The notes under the pieces were generated by a model. The model saw only the letters and a program-made list of their open reading frames with translations, ran no database searches and had not been told where the DNA came from. A DNA stretch of 64,000 bases from Sumerlaeia bacterium (GTDB lineage Bacteria > Sumerlaeota > Sumerlaeia > SLMS01 > JAHLLQ01). Of this stretch, positions 9,331 through 19,091 are shown piece after piece. Location: assembly GCA_040219255.1 (NCBI GenBank), contig JAVJSW010000039.1:1-64000 (forward strand), in the 5' to 3' direction. How positions within the stretch are numbered: the stretch's first letter is position 1; every line of letters begins with the position of its first letter. Position numbers and translations under genes: made by a program.

Positions 9331-10853
9331 GACGCCAGCGGCGGCGCCGGCACCGGGCAATCGCGGCGCGGCGTCAGGTCGCCATCCAGGATGCGTTCGA
9401 CCACCTTGGCGCTCGACAAGACCCCCGGCATGCCCGCCCCCGGATGTGTTCCGGCGCCGACAAAGTACAGATCGCCGATGTCTTCGCTTTGGTTGTGAAA
9501 GCGGAAGTAGGCCGACTGGGTCAGGACCGGCTGGATACTGAAGCCGGTGCCGTGGTGCGTCAGCAGGTTGTCGCGGAAGTATTCCGGCGTGACGTGGAAC
9601 TCCGTGGTCAGGTTCTCGCGCAGCCCCGGCACCACCTCTTCGTCCAGGAACTCCAGGATCCGGTCGCGCAGCTTCGGACCTTCCACGGCCCAGTCGATAG
9701 CGGCGCCGTTCTTCAGGTTCGGCACGGGGCACAGGACGTAGAAGCACTCGTGCCCGGGCGGGGCCATGCTCGGATCGGTGCGGGTCGGCGCGTGCAGGTA
9801 AAGACTGAAATCCTCCGCGATGTCCGGCTTGTCGAAGATATCGTCGATCAGCGGAATGTACCGGTCCGCCAGCAAAATCGTGTGATGCGCCAAATCCGGC
9901 CAGGTCTTCTTCGCCCCGAAGTACATCACGAACAGCCCCATGCTGTACCTCAGCTTTTCGACCCGCCGGTCGGTCCATTTGCGGCGGTGCTGTGCGGGCA
10001 GCAGGTTGCGGTACACCGCCGGCGCGTCGGCGTTGCAGACCACGATGTCCGCGGCCAGCTCCTCTCCCCCGGCGAGTCGCGCGCCGCGGGCTTTGCCGTC
10101 GCGGACAAGGATTTCCTCGACCGTCGATTCGAGCCGCACCGCGATGCCTTCTTCCTCCATCAGCCGGCCGAAGGCTCGCACAATCGCCCCCGTGCCCCCC
10201 ATCGCGTACCACACGCCGTAGTCCATCTCAAGCGTCTGGATCAGCGAGTAGATGCTCGTCGTGGTCGCGGGATTTCCGCCCACCAGGAGCGGCTGGAAAC
10301 TGAAGACGCGGCGCAGGTAATCGTTTTTCAGGTACTTACAGGCGCGGCGGTAAACGCTCAGGTAGCTCTCCAGCCCCACCATGCGAGGGGTCAGGCCCAG
10401 CATCGTCCCCAGTTTGTTGAAGGGCTGATCGCCGAGTTGCAGATATCCGATCTCGTAAATCTTGCGGGTGTGGGCCATAAAGCGCCGGTAACCCGCGACG
10501 TCCGAGGGCTCGAACCTGGCGATTTCCGCCTCCATGTCGGCCATCGTGCCGCCGTATTCAAAGGTCCGGCCGTCGGCGAAACGGATGCGGTACCAGGGCT
10601 TGCAGGGCACGAATTCCACGTAGTCCTCGCGCTTCTTGCCAAAGAGCGCGAACAGTTCGTCGAACAGGTAGGGCGCCGTCACCACGGTGGGCCCGGCGTC
10701 GAAGGTAAACCCATCGCGCTCAAAGACATAGGCTCGGCCGCCGAGTTTGTCCAGCCGGTCCAGCAGGGTCACGTCGTGGCCCTTGGCGCGCAGGCGAAGC
10801 GCGGCCGCGATGCCTCCGAATCCGGCTCCGATGACGAGGGCTTTCGAGGGCAT
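9327..10853 (-). CDS. crtI: Phytoene desaturase
   Basis: VIGAGFGG FAD motif, GGRAYVF..GFTFDAGPTV, LYFVGAGTHPGAGMPGVLSSAK; start at MPSKAL (10853). Confidence 0.93.
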   Translation of the reverse strand: MPSKALVIGAGFGGIAAALRLRAKGHDVTLLDRLDKLGGRAYVFERDGFTFDAGPTVVTAPYLFDELFALFGKKREDYVEFVPCKPWYRIRFADGRTFEYGGTMADMEAEIARFEPSDVAGYRRFMAHTRKIYEIGYLQLGDQPFNKLGTMLGLTPRMVGLESYLSVYRRACKYLKNDYLRRVFSFQPLLVGGNPATTTSIYSLIQTLEMDYGVWYAMGGTGAIVRAFGRLMEEEGIAVRLESTVEEILVRDGKARGARLAGGEELAADIVVCNADAPAVYRNLLPAQHRRKWTDRRVEKLRYSMGLFVMYFGAKKTWPDLAHHTILLADRYIPLIDDIFDKPDIAEDFSLYLHAPTRTDPSMAPPGHECFYVLCPVPNLKNGAAIDWAVEGPKLRDRILEFLDEEVVPGLRENLTTEFHVTPEYFRDNLLTHHGTGFSIQPVLTQSAYFRFHNQSEDIGDLYFVGAGTHPGAGMPGVLSSAKVVERILDGDLTPRRDCPVPAPPLAS

Positions 10854-11022
10854 GGTGGCGAGGTCCTGGAGGAGGGGAATGTTTCCGCCGCTCAGGAGCG
10901 GCCGGTCCGGCTTTAGGCAACGGACGTGCCGCCCGGAGCGATCCGCCAGCCGCACACTGGAAAGGAGCGTTGCGGGGAACAAGGGGGAAGGCGCTTCAGG
11001 ACCACTGCCCCGGCCGGACTAT

Positions 11023-11078
11023 AAAAAAAACGGACTCCCCGTGGCACCGTCCGAAGAGCGGCCGCCGCGGGGAGTCCT
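11023..11078 (-). terminator. Rho-independent terminator of the 11115-12755 gene
   Basis: Stem GGACTCCCCGTGGC / GCCGCGGGGAGTCC next to an A-tract (U-tract on the minus strand), just downstream of the stop. Confidence 0.7.
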
Positions 11079-11114
11079 GTGGAGGGGGGCTTTGGAGGGA
11101 GAAGCGGGCTTGCC

Positions 11115-12755
11115 TTAGAACTTCGTCCAGTCGGCCACGTTGGAGGTATCCACGCCCGGGCGCGAGCGGGTCGCGTTGACCGGACCGTGGAAGGTCGACT
11201 TGCCGGAGAGGTCGATGTCTTCCAGGAAGTAGTGGCGCGCATCGAGGCTGCCGCTGATGGGCTGAGGGTCGACGACGCTGTAGGTGGCACCGAAGAGTCC
11301 GCCCTCGGCCGGGATCAGGCTCTTGTTGATCTGCTCGCCGACCTGGTAGGTCTTCGTTCCCTGCACCGCGCGATACACGTTGAAGCCCAGGTTGTCGGTC
11401 TCGGTCTCTGTGGACCAGGAGACCGTGACGAACTCGCCGAAATCAGGGAACGTCGCGTCGAAGGAAGCGAGGTCCACGGCGAGCACGCTGTCCTGCGCCG
11501 CGGCGAAGTCCAGGCTCTCGTCCGTTTGGCCTTCGACCAGCACCGTGAACTCGGTGGTGGTCTGGGCGGGGGTCAGCGAATAGCCGACGGGAAGCGTCGA
11601 AACGTTGATCGCAACGCGGTAGCTGCCGGGGAACAGCGGATCGAATTGATAGTTGCCGTTGCCGTCAGTCGTCGTGACTTCCGTCAGTGTGTCGTCCGCC
11701 GTGTCGAAAATGCCGTCGAGGCCGGCTTCCGTCACGGTCAGTTCGACGCCCGCGATGCCCGACTCGGAAAGCGGGTCGAAGATGCCATCCAGGTTTGAGT
11801 CGTCCCAGACCAAGTTGCCCAGCAGCGCCGGGTTGAAGACGTCGATCGACGAGATGCTCTGATCGAAGTCGAGGTTGTAGTGGAAGCTCGAACCTGAGCC
11901 GTCATAGATCAGGTTGAGGATCGAGATGTTTTTCGCCGCCACCGTCGCCTGGACCGTGATGTTCGAGGTGGCGGTGCCGCCGTACTTACCCGTGCCCAGA
12001 CAGGAAAGATAGTCGGGGCTCAGCGGGTTGTTGTCCCAGTTACAGCCGTTCGCGTAGAACGAATCAACCGTCGCCGGCTGCCCCGTCGGAAAGGCCGAAT
12101 AGGTCACGTTTGTCGTGATGTACCGGAAGTTGGTCGGCGGGAAGTTGGACCAGGTGGTGAGCTGCTCGTAGCCCTGGGTGGCTGTCGTCGAATCGAGAAC
12201 GAAGTCCCAGGTGAATTCCTCACCAACAAAAACGGCGGCGGGGCCGGTGAAAGCCACCACGTCGTTGCGGTTTTGGGATTGCAAGCCCTCGACCATGAGT
12301 TCCCGCGGCGTCGGGGTCGAAACCAGCGCGAATTCATCGGAAACGGCGGTGATGTGGAACTCGCGAGTCTGGAAGATCTTGTTGCCCTGAACAGTCTTCG
12401 GCCGGGCGTCGGCGTCGCGGACCACAGCCACGTTCCAGTAGAAGTCGCGCGACGAGAGAGGCGCGATTTCGTCGATCGTGTACTGGAAGGTCACGCCCGT
12501 ATCCAGATCGATGTAAATGTTCGCCGTATCCCACACGAAGGTGCCGACCACGTTGGTGGCCGTTACGGCCGCATCGGTGTTCGCGACGCGCACACCCACC
12601 GGAAAGACGTTCGGGCCGACCGTCACGTCGTTGTGGTCGAGCCCGATAATGTTCCAGGTGATCGGTGTAATGGTCAGGTTCGCCGAGGCGGCCTGGGGAG
12701 CGAAGGCGGCGGCAACAAGGCAGCCAATGGGTAAAAATTTAAGGAAGTTTTTCAC
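11115..12755 (-). CDS. Secreted protein with SdrD-B-like domain, 'V-x-L-x-S-F' beta-sandwich and C-terminal Trp motif
   Basis: Signal peptide; LGNLVWDDSNLDGIFD..ESGIAGVEL..TTTDGNGNYQF (SdrD_B); LAVDLASF..VSWSTETETDNLGFNVYRA; ends SNVADWTKF; RBS AGGAGAGG upstream of the GTG. Confidence 0.85.
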   Translation of the reverse strand: MKNFLKFLPIGCLVAAAFAPQAASANLTITPITWNIIGLDHNDVTVGPNVFPVGVRVANTDAAVTATNVVGTFVWDTANIYIDLDTGVTFQYTIDEIAPLSSRDFYWNVAVVRDADARPKTVQGNKIFQTREFHITAVSDEFALVSTPTPRELMVEGLQSQNRNDVVAFTGPAAVFVGEEFTWDFVLDSTTATQGYEQLTTWSNFPPTNFRYITTNVTYSAFPTGQPATVDSFYANGCNWDNNPLSPDYLSCLGTGKYGGTATSNITVQATVAAKNISILNLIYDGSGSSFHYNLDFDQSISSIDVFNPALLGNLVWDDSNLDGIFDPLSESGIAGVELTVTEAGLDGIFDTADDTLTEVTTTDGNGNYQFDPLFPGSYRVAINVSTLPVGYSLTPAQTTTEFTVLVEGQTDESLDFAAAQDSVLAVDLASFDATFPDFGEFVTVSWSTETETDNLGFNVYRAVQGTKTYQVGEQINKSLIPAEGGLFGATYSVVDPQPISGSLDARHYFLEDIDLSGKSTFHGPVNATRSRPGVDTSNVADWTKF

Positions 12756-12836
12756 ACGTCCTCTCCTTTGGTATCGTCGATAGGTGGCCCGGGAACGAAA
12801 GCGGTTCGGCGGGCGTTACTCTCACAGTTAATGGGA

Positions 12837-12865
12837 GGTATGGGTACGGACCAGACCTCAGTCAA
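12837..12865 (-). promoter_or_regulatory. Possible sigma70 promoter
   Basis: Minus strand TTGACT-N17-CATACC about 80 bp upstream of the 12755 start; the -10 is imperfect. Confidence 0.3.
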
Positions 12866-13175
12866 GCGGGAATGAAACATGCTTCTTTTATAATCTTGCA
12901 TAGAATTTGTTCAAGTTTTCTCATTATGATCTCATCCGCTCAGCCCGGGCTCCCCGCCCTCAGGACGCATACCGTTGACGAATCCGCTCTTGCGGCCCGT
13001 CCCCCGGCGCTCGCCGTTTCGACCGGTCCAGGGCGCGCCCGGCTCGTGGCGCTGGCGTGATCGAAATCTCCGATTTCCGCCTTGTGACGGGCTGGGTGTC
13101 AGAAGCGGTTGCTTTTCTGACACCCAGCCCGTTAACTTTTTTTGCGATCTCTTCTTTCGCGCCCTCAGGAGCCCC

Positions 13176-14444
13176 ATGCCCCCCGCCACCGTCTCACCCC
13201 TTCGCGAAGCTGCCCGCGCCGTCAAACGCGCCCACCTGGAAGGGCGCCTGCGCCGCGCCACCGGCCAGCAGGTCAAAGCCGCCAACGCGGACCTGAACTG
13301 GCGCGAATTCTGGCATGGCCGCAGCGAACTGCGGTCGCGCCCCCGCCTGATGCAGATCGGCACCAATTGGACCTGCAACCTGAAGTGCAATTTCTGCCGC
13401 CTCACCCTCGACTCGACCCAGGCCTGGCTGAAGGCGAAGCCGCCCCGCGAGCTGGAAATCAGCCCCCGCGTTCTCGAAGAAGTCATGGGCCTCATGCCCT
13501 ATCCGGAAATGATGACGCTGACGCCGCTCGGCGAACCGCTTCTCTACTCGAAGTTCGGCCGCATGCTCGAACGCCACGCCGAACTGGGCAGCGACAACCT
13601 GGCGATGACCAGCAATCTGAACCTGGTCAACGAAGACCGCGCCCGCATGATCGTCGAAGGCGGCCTCAGCCATGTCTTCGTCAGCGTCGATTCCTCCGAC
13701 CCGGACATTTACGCCTCGATGCGGGTCCGCGGCACGCTCGACAAGGTGGAGGCCGGCCTCGACAACATCAACACGTGGAAGAGCCGGCTCGGAAACGAGA
13801 ACCCCTCCATGACGCTCGCCTCCACATTCATGGAGCGCAACGTGCGCCAGATGCCCGATCTCGTGGACTTCGCTCTCAAGCACAAGTTCGAAGTCTTCAG
13901 CATCCAATTGATGGAGACGGAGAACGAGGAGCTGGAGGGCGAATTCCTGGGCCATCATATCGAACTGGCCAAGGAGATGGTTCTCAAGACGCTCAAGCGC
14001 GCCGAGGGCACGGGCCTGCGCGTGCGGGTCCATCTGGCGCTGCGGAACCTGCTGACGGCCCACCTGTCGCTGCCGGAATGGCGCCGCATCACCGCCCACA
14101 CGGAAGGCGCCGCCGGCGAGGACGTGGCGGGCAGCCACGAACCATTGAATCATGCCGAAGGCCAGAACGACGACATCGGCAAGCTCTCGACCCACGGCAA
14201 AAAGCTGATCGATAAGTGCCATTATCCGTGGTACTTCCTGGTCATCGACACGGATGGCGATTGCCGGCCCTGCTGCTGGACCGGGATGTCCTTCGGGAAC
14301 CTGAACGACAAGGGGTTCGACGCCATCTGGAACGGTGAAGGCGCCCAGGGCATGCGCCGCGATTTCCTGAACGATCACATCCCGAAAGTCTGTCAGGGGA
14401 AACACTGCCGGGTTGACCTGGATCATTCCGGCACGATGGAATAA
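13176..14444 (+). CDS. Radical SAM protein with SPASM/twitch domain
   Basis: CNLKCNFC (CxxxCxxC), GEPLL, C-terminal CHYPW..DGDCRPCC..GNL..IWN..C..C; RBS AGGAG before ATG 13176. Confidence 0.88.
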   Translation: MPPATVSPLREAARAVKRAHLEGRLRRATGQQVKAANADLNWREFWHGRSELRSRPRLMQIGTNWTCNLKCNFCRLTLDSTQAWLKAKPPRELEISPRVLEEVMGLMPYPEMMTLTPLGEPLLYSKFGRMLERHAELGSDNLAMTSNLNLVNEDRARMIVEGGLSHVFVSVDSSDPDIYASMRVRGTLDKVEAGLDNINTWKSRLGNENPSMTLASTFMERNVRQMPDLVDFALKHKFEVFSIQLMETENEELEGEFLGHHIELAKEMVLKTLKRAEGTGLRVRVHLALRNLLTAHLSLPEWRRITAHTEGAAGEDVAGSHEPLNHAEGQNDDIGKLSTHGKKLIDKCHYPWYFLVIDTDGDCRPCCWTGMSFGNLNDKGFDAIWNGEGAQGMRRDFLNDHIPKVCQGKHCRVDLDHSGTME

Positions 14445-14501
14445 ACAGGCCCCCCGCCCGTAGAGACAGGCGACCGCCACTCTGCCGCCGGGCTCCGAGC
14501 T

Positions 14502-15374
14502 ATGTTCAAACCCACCGCCAGACGAACCGTGGAACGGGGAGGCCCGAAGAGGGTCGTTCCCACGGAGGACGCGCCCCTGCGCGAGCGGGTCGGTCACATC
14601 ATTTTCACCCACGACACGCGCCTGGCGCGCCTGTTCGACGTGGTGCTGCTGTGGGCCATTCTGGGCAGCATCCTGGCCGTGATTCTCGAAAGCGTGCCCG
14701 GCTTGCGCCAGCGCCACGGAATGCTGCTGCTGACCATCGAGTGGTTCTTCACGGCCCTGTTCAGCGTCGAGTACGGCCTGCGTCTGTGGACCGCCCGCCG
14801 GCGGCTTCGCTATGCGAGAAGTTTTTTCGGCATCGTGGACCTCCTATCGATTCTGCCGACTTACCTGAGCCTGCTCTTTCCGGGCGCCCAGTCACTCCTC
14901 GTGATCCGGTCGCTGCGTCTCTTGCGCGTGTTCCGCATTCTCAAGCTCGGGCGCTTCTTCTCCGAGTCCCGCGTCCTGATGGAGGCGCTTCGCACCAGCC
15001 GGCCGAAAATCACCGTCTTCCTCATGTCCGTGCTCACCGTCGTTCTGATCATGGGCGCGGCGATGTACTTCATCGAAGGCCCGGAGAACGGGTTCACCAG
15101 CATCCCCCTCTCGATGTATTGGGCGATCGTAACGCTGACCACCGTGGGGTACGGCGATATTTCGCCGCAAACGCCATGGGGCCAGGCGCTTTCGTCTCTG
15201 GTGATGCTGATCGGGTACGCCATCATCGCCATCCCGACGGGGATCGTGAGCGTGGAATTGGCCCGCGCCGACGAAACCGACACCCGCATGGGAGGCATCC
15301 CCGTGGCGCGCATCCACCGCCACGCCAAGCACGTCCGCCGGCTGCGGCGGCGCCATCGGCACATCGGCCGTTAG
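14502..15374 (+). CDS. 6TM voltage-gated-type potassium channel (ion transporter)
   Basis: TTVGYGD selectivity filter; S4-like RSLRLLRVFRILKL. Confidence 0.92.
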   Translation: MFKPTARRTVERGGPKRVVPTEDAPLRERVGHIIFTHDTRLARLFDVVLLWAILGSILAVILESVPGLRQRHGMLLLTIEWFFTALFSVEYGLRLWTARRRLRYARSFFGIVDLLSILPTYLSLLFPGAQSLLVIRSLRLLRVFRILKLGRFFSESRVLMEALRTSRPKITVFLMSVLTVVLIMGAAMYFIEGPENGFTSIPLSMYWAIVTLTTVGYGDISPQTPWGQALSSLVMLIGYAIIAIPTGIVSVELARADETDTRMGGIPVARIHRHAKHVRRLRRRHRHIGR

Positions 15375-15376
15375 GG

Positions 15377-17893
15377 TCAGGACGCGGCGGTCGCATCGGC
15401 GGCTTCCTCCGGCGGCACGGAAACCTGAGACGGACTCAATTCCAGGATCATCCCCCATCGGCTGCGCGTTTTGATCAGGTTGACCAGTTCCCGGTTGCCG
15501 GTGCGTTCGCCGATCACCCGGCGGTGGTAGTTCATCTGCTGCTGCTCGACGATCACATTGCCCCAGACATCGACCATCAGGTCGATGTAGCGGACGACCT
15601 CGCCGGCGCGGCGTGCCAGCGCCAGCAAGAGCGCGTAAGGGATCGGCGTGAGTTCGTACCGCACGCCATCGAAGAGGAAGGTACCGGCCTGGCCCGGCGG
15701 AAACTCCAGGCGAACCTGGGGCCGGGGGGCCGGATGCCGCGAAGCGGGGTCCGGTGCCGCGACCGCTCCCGGGGCGGCACCTCGGGAGGTGGCGGCCTGT
15801 GGCGCGGGCCGGCGGAACGCGATGGCTTCGAGGCGGTGGGCGAGATCGCAGAACTGATCGGAGAGCGCCACCGGGCCCTGAACCGCCGCGGTGAATTCCA
15901 CCGCGGCCGAGGCCAGCCACGCCCCGTGCGACGCCGTGCCGAAGAGACGCCCCATCGGCAACGCGTGCAGCCGTTCGATGTCGGCGGGATCTTCGCCGGT
16001 GAGTAAATCGTCCAGAATCAACGCGCGGCGCGCCGCCCGGTGATGAACGAAGGGCGCCCCGCCCTCGGCCTCGAAGAGTTCGCCCAGGGCCCGCGACAGC
16101 CCGTCGGCTTGGTGCAGGCGCTCGCGCAGGCTGGTGGGCCAGACATCGGCGCGGCGCTCGGCGGCTTCGACGCGCGGCGGCCCGTTGCCCCATTCCTCGG
16201 CCAGGGAGATGAGGAACAAACAGGCCACCGGTGTGCTGGGCCGGTTCGCCCGCTCCAGCCATCCGGCCCAGCGCGTCGCCGTCTGGGGACAAATGCCGGT
16301 CAGCGCCAGCGCCTCGCCCAGCGCCGTCAAGCGATAGGGCCCGCCCTGGCGGTCGAGACGCCAGAAGCCGAGCCGCAGACCGCCTTCGAGGTCCTCTCGC
16401 AATTGGGCGTCCAGATTCCCCGGAACCCGCGCCCGCCCGCCAAAGGTGCCGCGGAGAAAACCATAGGCGTCGGCGAAGGAAAGCGCCGTCCGTTCGAACA
16501 TCAGTTCGGCGAGGGCGTTGACGAATGGCAGGTCCGCCAGCGGCGAGCGTTCCGGCTCGGGCTGGGAGAGGATGACGCCGCGCCAGAGGCTGGTGGCTTG
16601 CAGATCGTCGCGGGCCAACAGGATCGACCGGCCGAAGGGCGGCGCGCCTTTGCCCAGGCGGCCGGCGCGGCCGCCCTGATTCGTCAACCGCGCCCGGGCG
16701 ATGGGGGCCAGCACCGTCGATCCCGTCAGCGGGTCCGTGGTGGGCATGGTGGCGCTGCTGACGACCGTGGCGGCGCGCAGGTTGACGCCTTCGCTGAGGG
16801 TGGGCGTGGCGGCCAGGAATGGGATCTCCCCCGCCTGAAAGGCGCGTTCGACCAGGTCGCGGTAGGGGGCTTCGAGGTCGGAGGTGTGAAACGCCACGCC
16901 GGATTCGAGGAGCGTCTGAAACCGGTCGCGGGCCCAGCCGCCGGGCAGTCCCGCCAGTTCGGCAAGGGCGCCCTCGGCGGGGGGAAAAGCGTTGGCCGAG
17001 GCGGCGTTCTGGGCGAGGCGCAGCGCCTCGGGCCGCGAGGAGCAGAAGGCCAGCAGCGGCCCCGCCTTGAGCGCCACTTCCACGAGGGCTTCCAGCGTGG
17101 CCTCCGCGTCGCTTGTGACCTTCATGTCGGCGCGCGGCGGGATCAGGTCCTCCTCGGTGCCTTCCGCGCCGGACTCGGCGTCGCGCCAGAAGAAATCCCC
17201 CGAGTCCAGGTTCAAGACCCCCTCGCGCAGGGGCACGGGGCGTTGGTGGAAACTGAACAGCCGCACGCCCAGCCAGTCCGCCAGGCCCTCCGGATCGCCG
17301 AGAACGGCGGAGAAGGCGAGAAGCTGAGGGCGCGTCTTCGCCAGGCTCCAGCGCGTCAGGAACAGATCGATGGCGCCGCCGCGCTCGCGGTCGGCGAGGA
17401 GCTGCACCTCGTCCGCCGCGATCAGACCGAGGCTGCTGAAGAGCGACGGGCGGCGCGCGATAAAGGCGAGCGCCTTCTCGTAAACCGCCACGATCCAATG
17501 GATTTCGCCGCGCAGAATGGCGCCGTCGTCTTCGCGCCGCTCGCGCGTCGTGACGGCTACGCGGATGCCACAGGGGGCATAGCGGCGGGTGAACTCGCGG
17601 GCTTTTTGCTCGGCCAGCGCCCGGGTCGGCACCAGGTAGAGCACGGAGCGGGCGCGGGCGATGGCCCCGAGGGCGGCCAACTCCGCCACCAGGGTTTTGC
17701 CGCTGCCGGTGGGTGCGTGCAGCAGCAGGTCCTCGGGCCGCGAACCGGCCTGGGGCAGTGCGGCGGTTTGCTCCAGGACCGCTTGCTGAAGCGGCGTGAG
17801 CGCAGGTTCGGACGCGCCGAAATCGGCCTCCAGCGCGGCGATCATGGCGGGGCCGAGGCCTCGCGGGGCCAAGTCCCGGAAAGTCATCGTCAT
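15377..17893 (-). CDS. Ski2/Hel308-like SF2 helicase with C-terminal OmpR-type winged helix
   Basis: APTGSGKT, DEVQ, SAVL, RPVPLREG, GVAFH, ATPTLSEGVNL, GRAGR; C-terminal LTPIPYALLLALARRAGEVV..LMVDVWG..IKTRSRWGM. Confidence 0.85.
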   Translation of the reverse strand: MTMTFRDLAPRGLGPAMIAALEADFGASEPALTPLQQAVLEQTAALPQAGSRPEDLLLHAPTGSGKTLVAELAALGAIARARSVLYLVPTRALAEQKAREFTRRYAPCGIRVAVTTRERREDDGAILRGEIHWIVAVYEKALAFIARRPSLFSSLGLIAADEVQLLADRERGGAIDLFLTRWSLAKTRPQLLAFSAVLGDPEGLADWLGVRLFSFHQRPVPLREGVLNLDSGDFFWRDAESGAEGTEEDLIPPRADMKVTSDAEATLEALVEVALKAGPLLAFCSSRPEALRLAQNAASANAFPPAEGALAELAGLPGGWARDRFQTLLESGVAFHTSDLEAPYRDLVERAFQAGEIPFLAATPTLSEGVNLRAATVVSSATMPTTDPLTGSTVLAPIARARLTNQGGRAGRLGKGAPPFGRSILLARDDLQATSLWRGVILSQPEPERSPLADLPFVNALAELMFERTALSFADAYGFLRGTFGGRARVPGNLDAQLREDLEGGLRLGFWRLDRQGGPYRLTALGEALALTGICPQTATRWAGWLERANRPSTPVACLFLISLAEEWGNGPPRVEAAERRADVWPTSLRERLHQADGLSRALGELFEAEGGAPFVHHRAARRALILDDLLTGEDPADIERLHALPMGRLFGTASHGAWLASAAVEFTAAVQGPVALSDQFCDLAHRLEAIAFRRPAPQAATSRGAAPGAVAAPDPASRHPAPRPQVRLEFPPGQAGTFLFDGVRYELTPIPYALLLALARRAGEVVRYIDLMVDVWGNVIVEQQQMNYHRRVIGERTGNRELVNLIKTRSRWGMILELSPSQVSVPPEEAADATAAS

Positions 17894-18073
17894 GGTGAGA
17901 AGGTCTCCCAAAGAAGCGTGAACTTGGTTGCCAAAGTCTGATTGGGAGAGTAGAGGAGAAGGGAAAGCAAAGCAAGGGGTATTTTCGCCGAATTTTCGCC
18001 TGAGATTTCGCTTTCCCTTGGCCTGCCCCTTGCGCTACCTCTCGCGCGTGACTCGCGAACCGGAAGGAACGGA

Positions 18074-18676
18074 ATGGCCATGGCGAAGGACAGACGACGA
18101 GGCGGAGCTTGCGGGGGCATGCTGATCGTGGCGCTTGTGGCCTTTGGCTTCGGCTTGCTGACGGGGGTGGTGCTGACCGGCAATCCCGAGGCTACCCGAT
18201 TCTGGGACGAGGCCTCGGACGCGGCGGCGGAGACCGGCGAGGCCGGCGAATCGGCGCCCGATGACGCCGTCGTGCTCGACGACAGTGGCGTGCGCGACCG
18301 GGTGGACGTGGCGGTGGTGGCGGGGCGCGACGCCTGGAACCGGCTGCGCGATTTCGTGGAGAGCGAAAGCGGCGAGGCTTTGAAAGCCAAAGCGGACGCG
18401 CTCTTCGCGTCCCTGGAAGATGCGACCGACGGCGGCGGCGAGAAGGCGGCGCAGCAACTGGAAGCGGCCCTCGAACGCGGACGCGAATTGCTGGGCGATC
18501 TGGCCGATCAACCAGAATTGCGCGACCGGCTGGAGGAGTCGCTGGACCGGCTAAAGGACGAGGCTTTGCGGCTGCGCGCCTCGGACGCGGCGGAGCCAGA
18601 CGCCGAGGAGCTTGCCGCGCCCGAACCGACCCACGCGGACCCGCACTACGAACCGGAAGAGGACACCGCCCCATGA
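18074..18676 (+). CDS. Membrane-anchored acidic helical hypothetical protein
   Basis: N-terminal TM segment, then Ala/Glu-rich helices; RBS GGAAGGA. Confidence 0.7.
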   Translation: MAMAKDRRRGGACGGMLIVALVAFGFGLLTGVVLTGNPEATRFWDEASDAAAETGEAGESAPDDAVVLDDSGVRDRVDVAVVAGRDAWNRLRDFVESESGEALKAKADALFASLEDATDGGGEKAAQQLEAALERGRELLGDLADQPELRDRLEESLDRLKDEALRLRASDAAEPDAEELAAPEPTHADPHYEPEEDTAP

Positions 18677-18942
18677 GCGCCAACCCCAACAAATCCAATC
18701 GCCCAGCCCCTCCCCGGCCGGAAGATATCCCCGCCTCCGTGATCTGGGGCCGGCGGGTTCTGCTGGTGGGCGTCGCGCTGCTGCTGCTGACGTTCGGCTG
18801 GCTCTACATTTTCGGCGAAGGGGTCGGCGAATCGCTGCGCCGGCTCCTGTTCTGGTCCGGCGTAGCGGGCGGTTTCGTGCTGATCGCGGTGGGGTCGGGG
18901 TTGAGTTTCTGGGTGCTGGTTGGTTCCAGGAACAAGACTTAA
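18673..18942 (+). CDS. Small 2-TM membrane protein
   Basis: Two hydrophobic segments; ATGA overlap with the preceding gene. Confidence 0.65.
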   Translation: MSANPNKSNRPAPPRPEDIPASVIWGRRVLLVGVALLLLTFGWLYIFGEGVGESLRRLLFWSGVAGGFVLIAVGSGLSFWVLVGSRNKT

Positions 18943-18946
18943 CTGT

Positions 18947-19090
18947 TTAGCACGGGCGTCTCGCCCGTGGCCGGCCAGCTTATTCCCACGCTCAGAACTC
19001 TTGTGACCAGTTCAAACTTTCAGCAGACAAGGCCGAAAGTTGGCTCTTTGAGGAAAAGCGCGCGGGTCATGGGCGGGACGGCCATGGTAC
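18947..19090. repeat. REP-like inverted doublet (REPIN-like)
   Basis: TTAGCACGGGCGTCTCGCCCGTG (18947-18969) and the inverted degenerate copy CATGGGCGGGACGGCCATGGTAC (19068-19090) lie between convergent genes. Confidence 0.6.
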
Positions 19091-19091
19091 C

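Noticed and set aside
9331-10212. N-terminal extension of the crtB ORF (similar extensions on maf, the 54485 gene, the 20315 gene and aguB)
   Set aside because: These overlap upstream genes or spacers out of frame; real starts are supported by motif onset, RBS or stop/start overlaps.
14892-17975. 1027 aa Arg/Pro-rich ORF
   Set aside because: Off-frame overlap of the helicase gene with low-complexity GC-driven composition.
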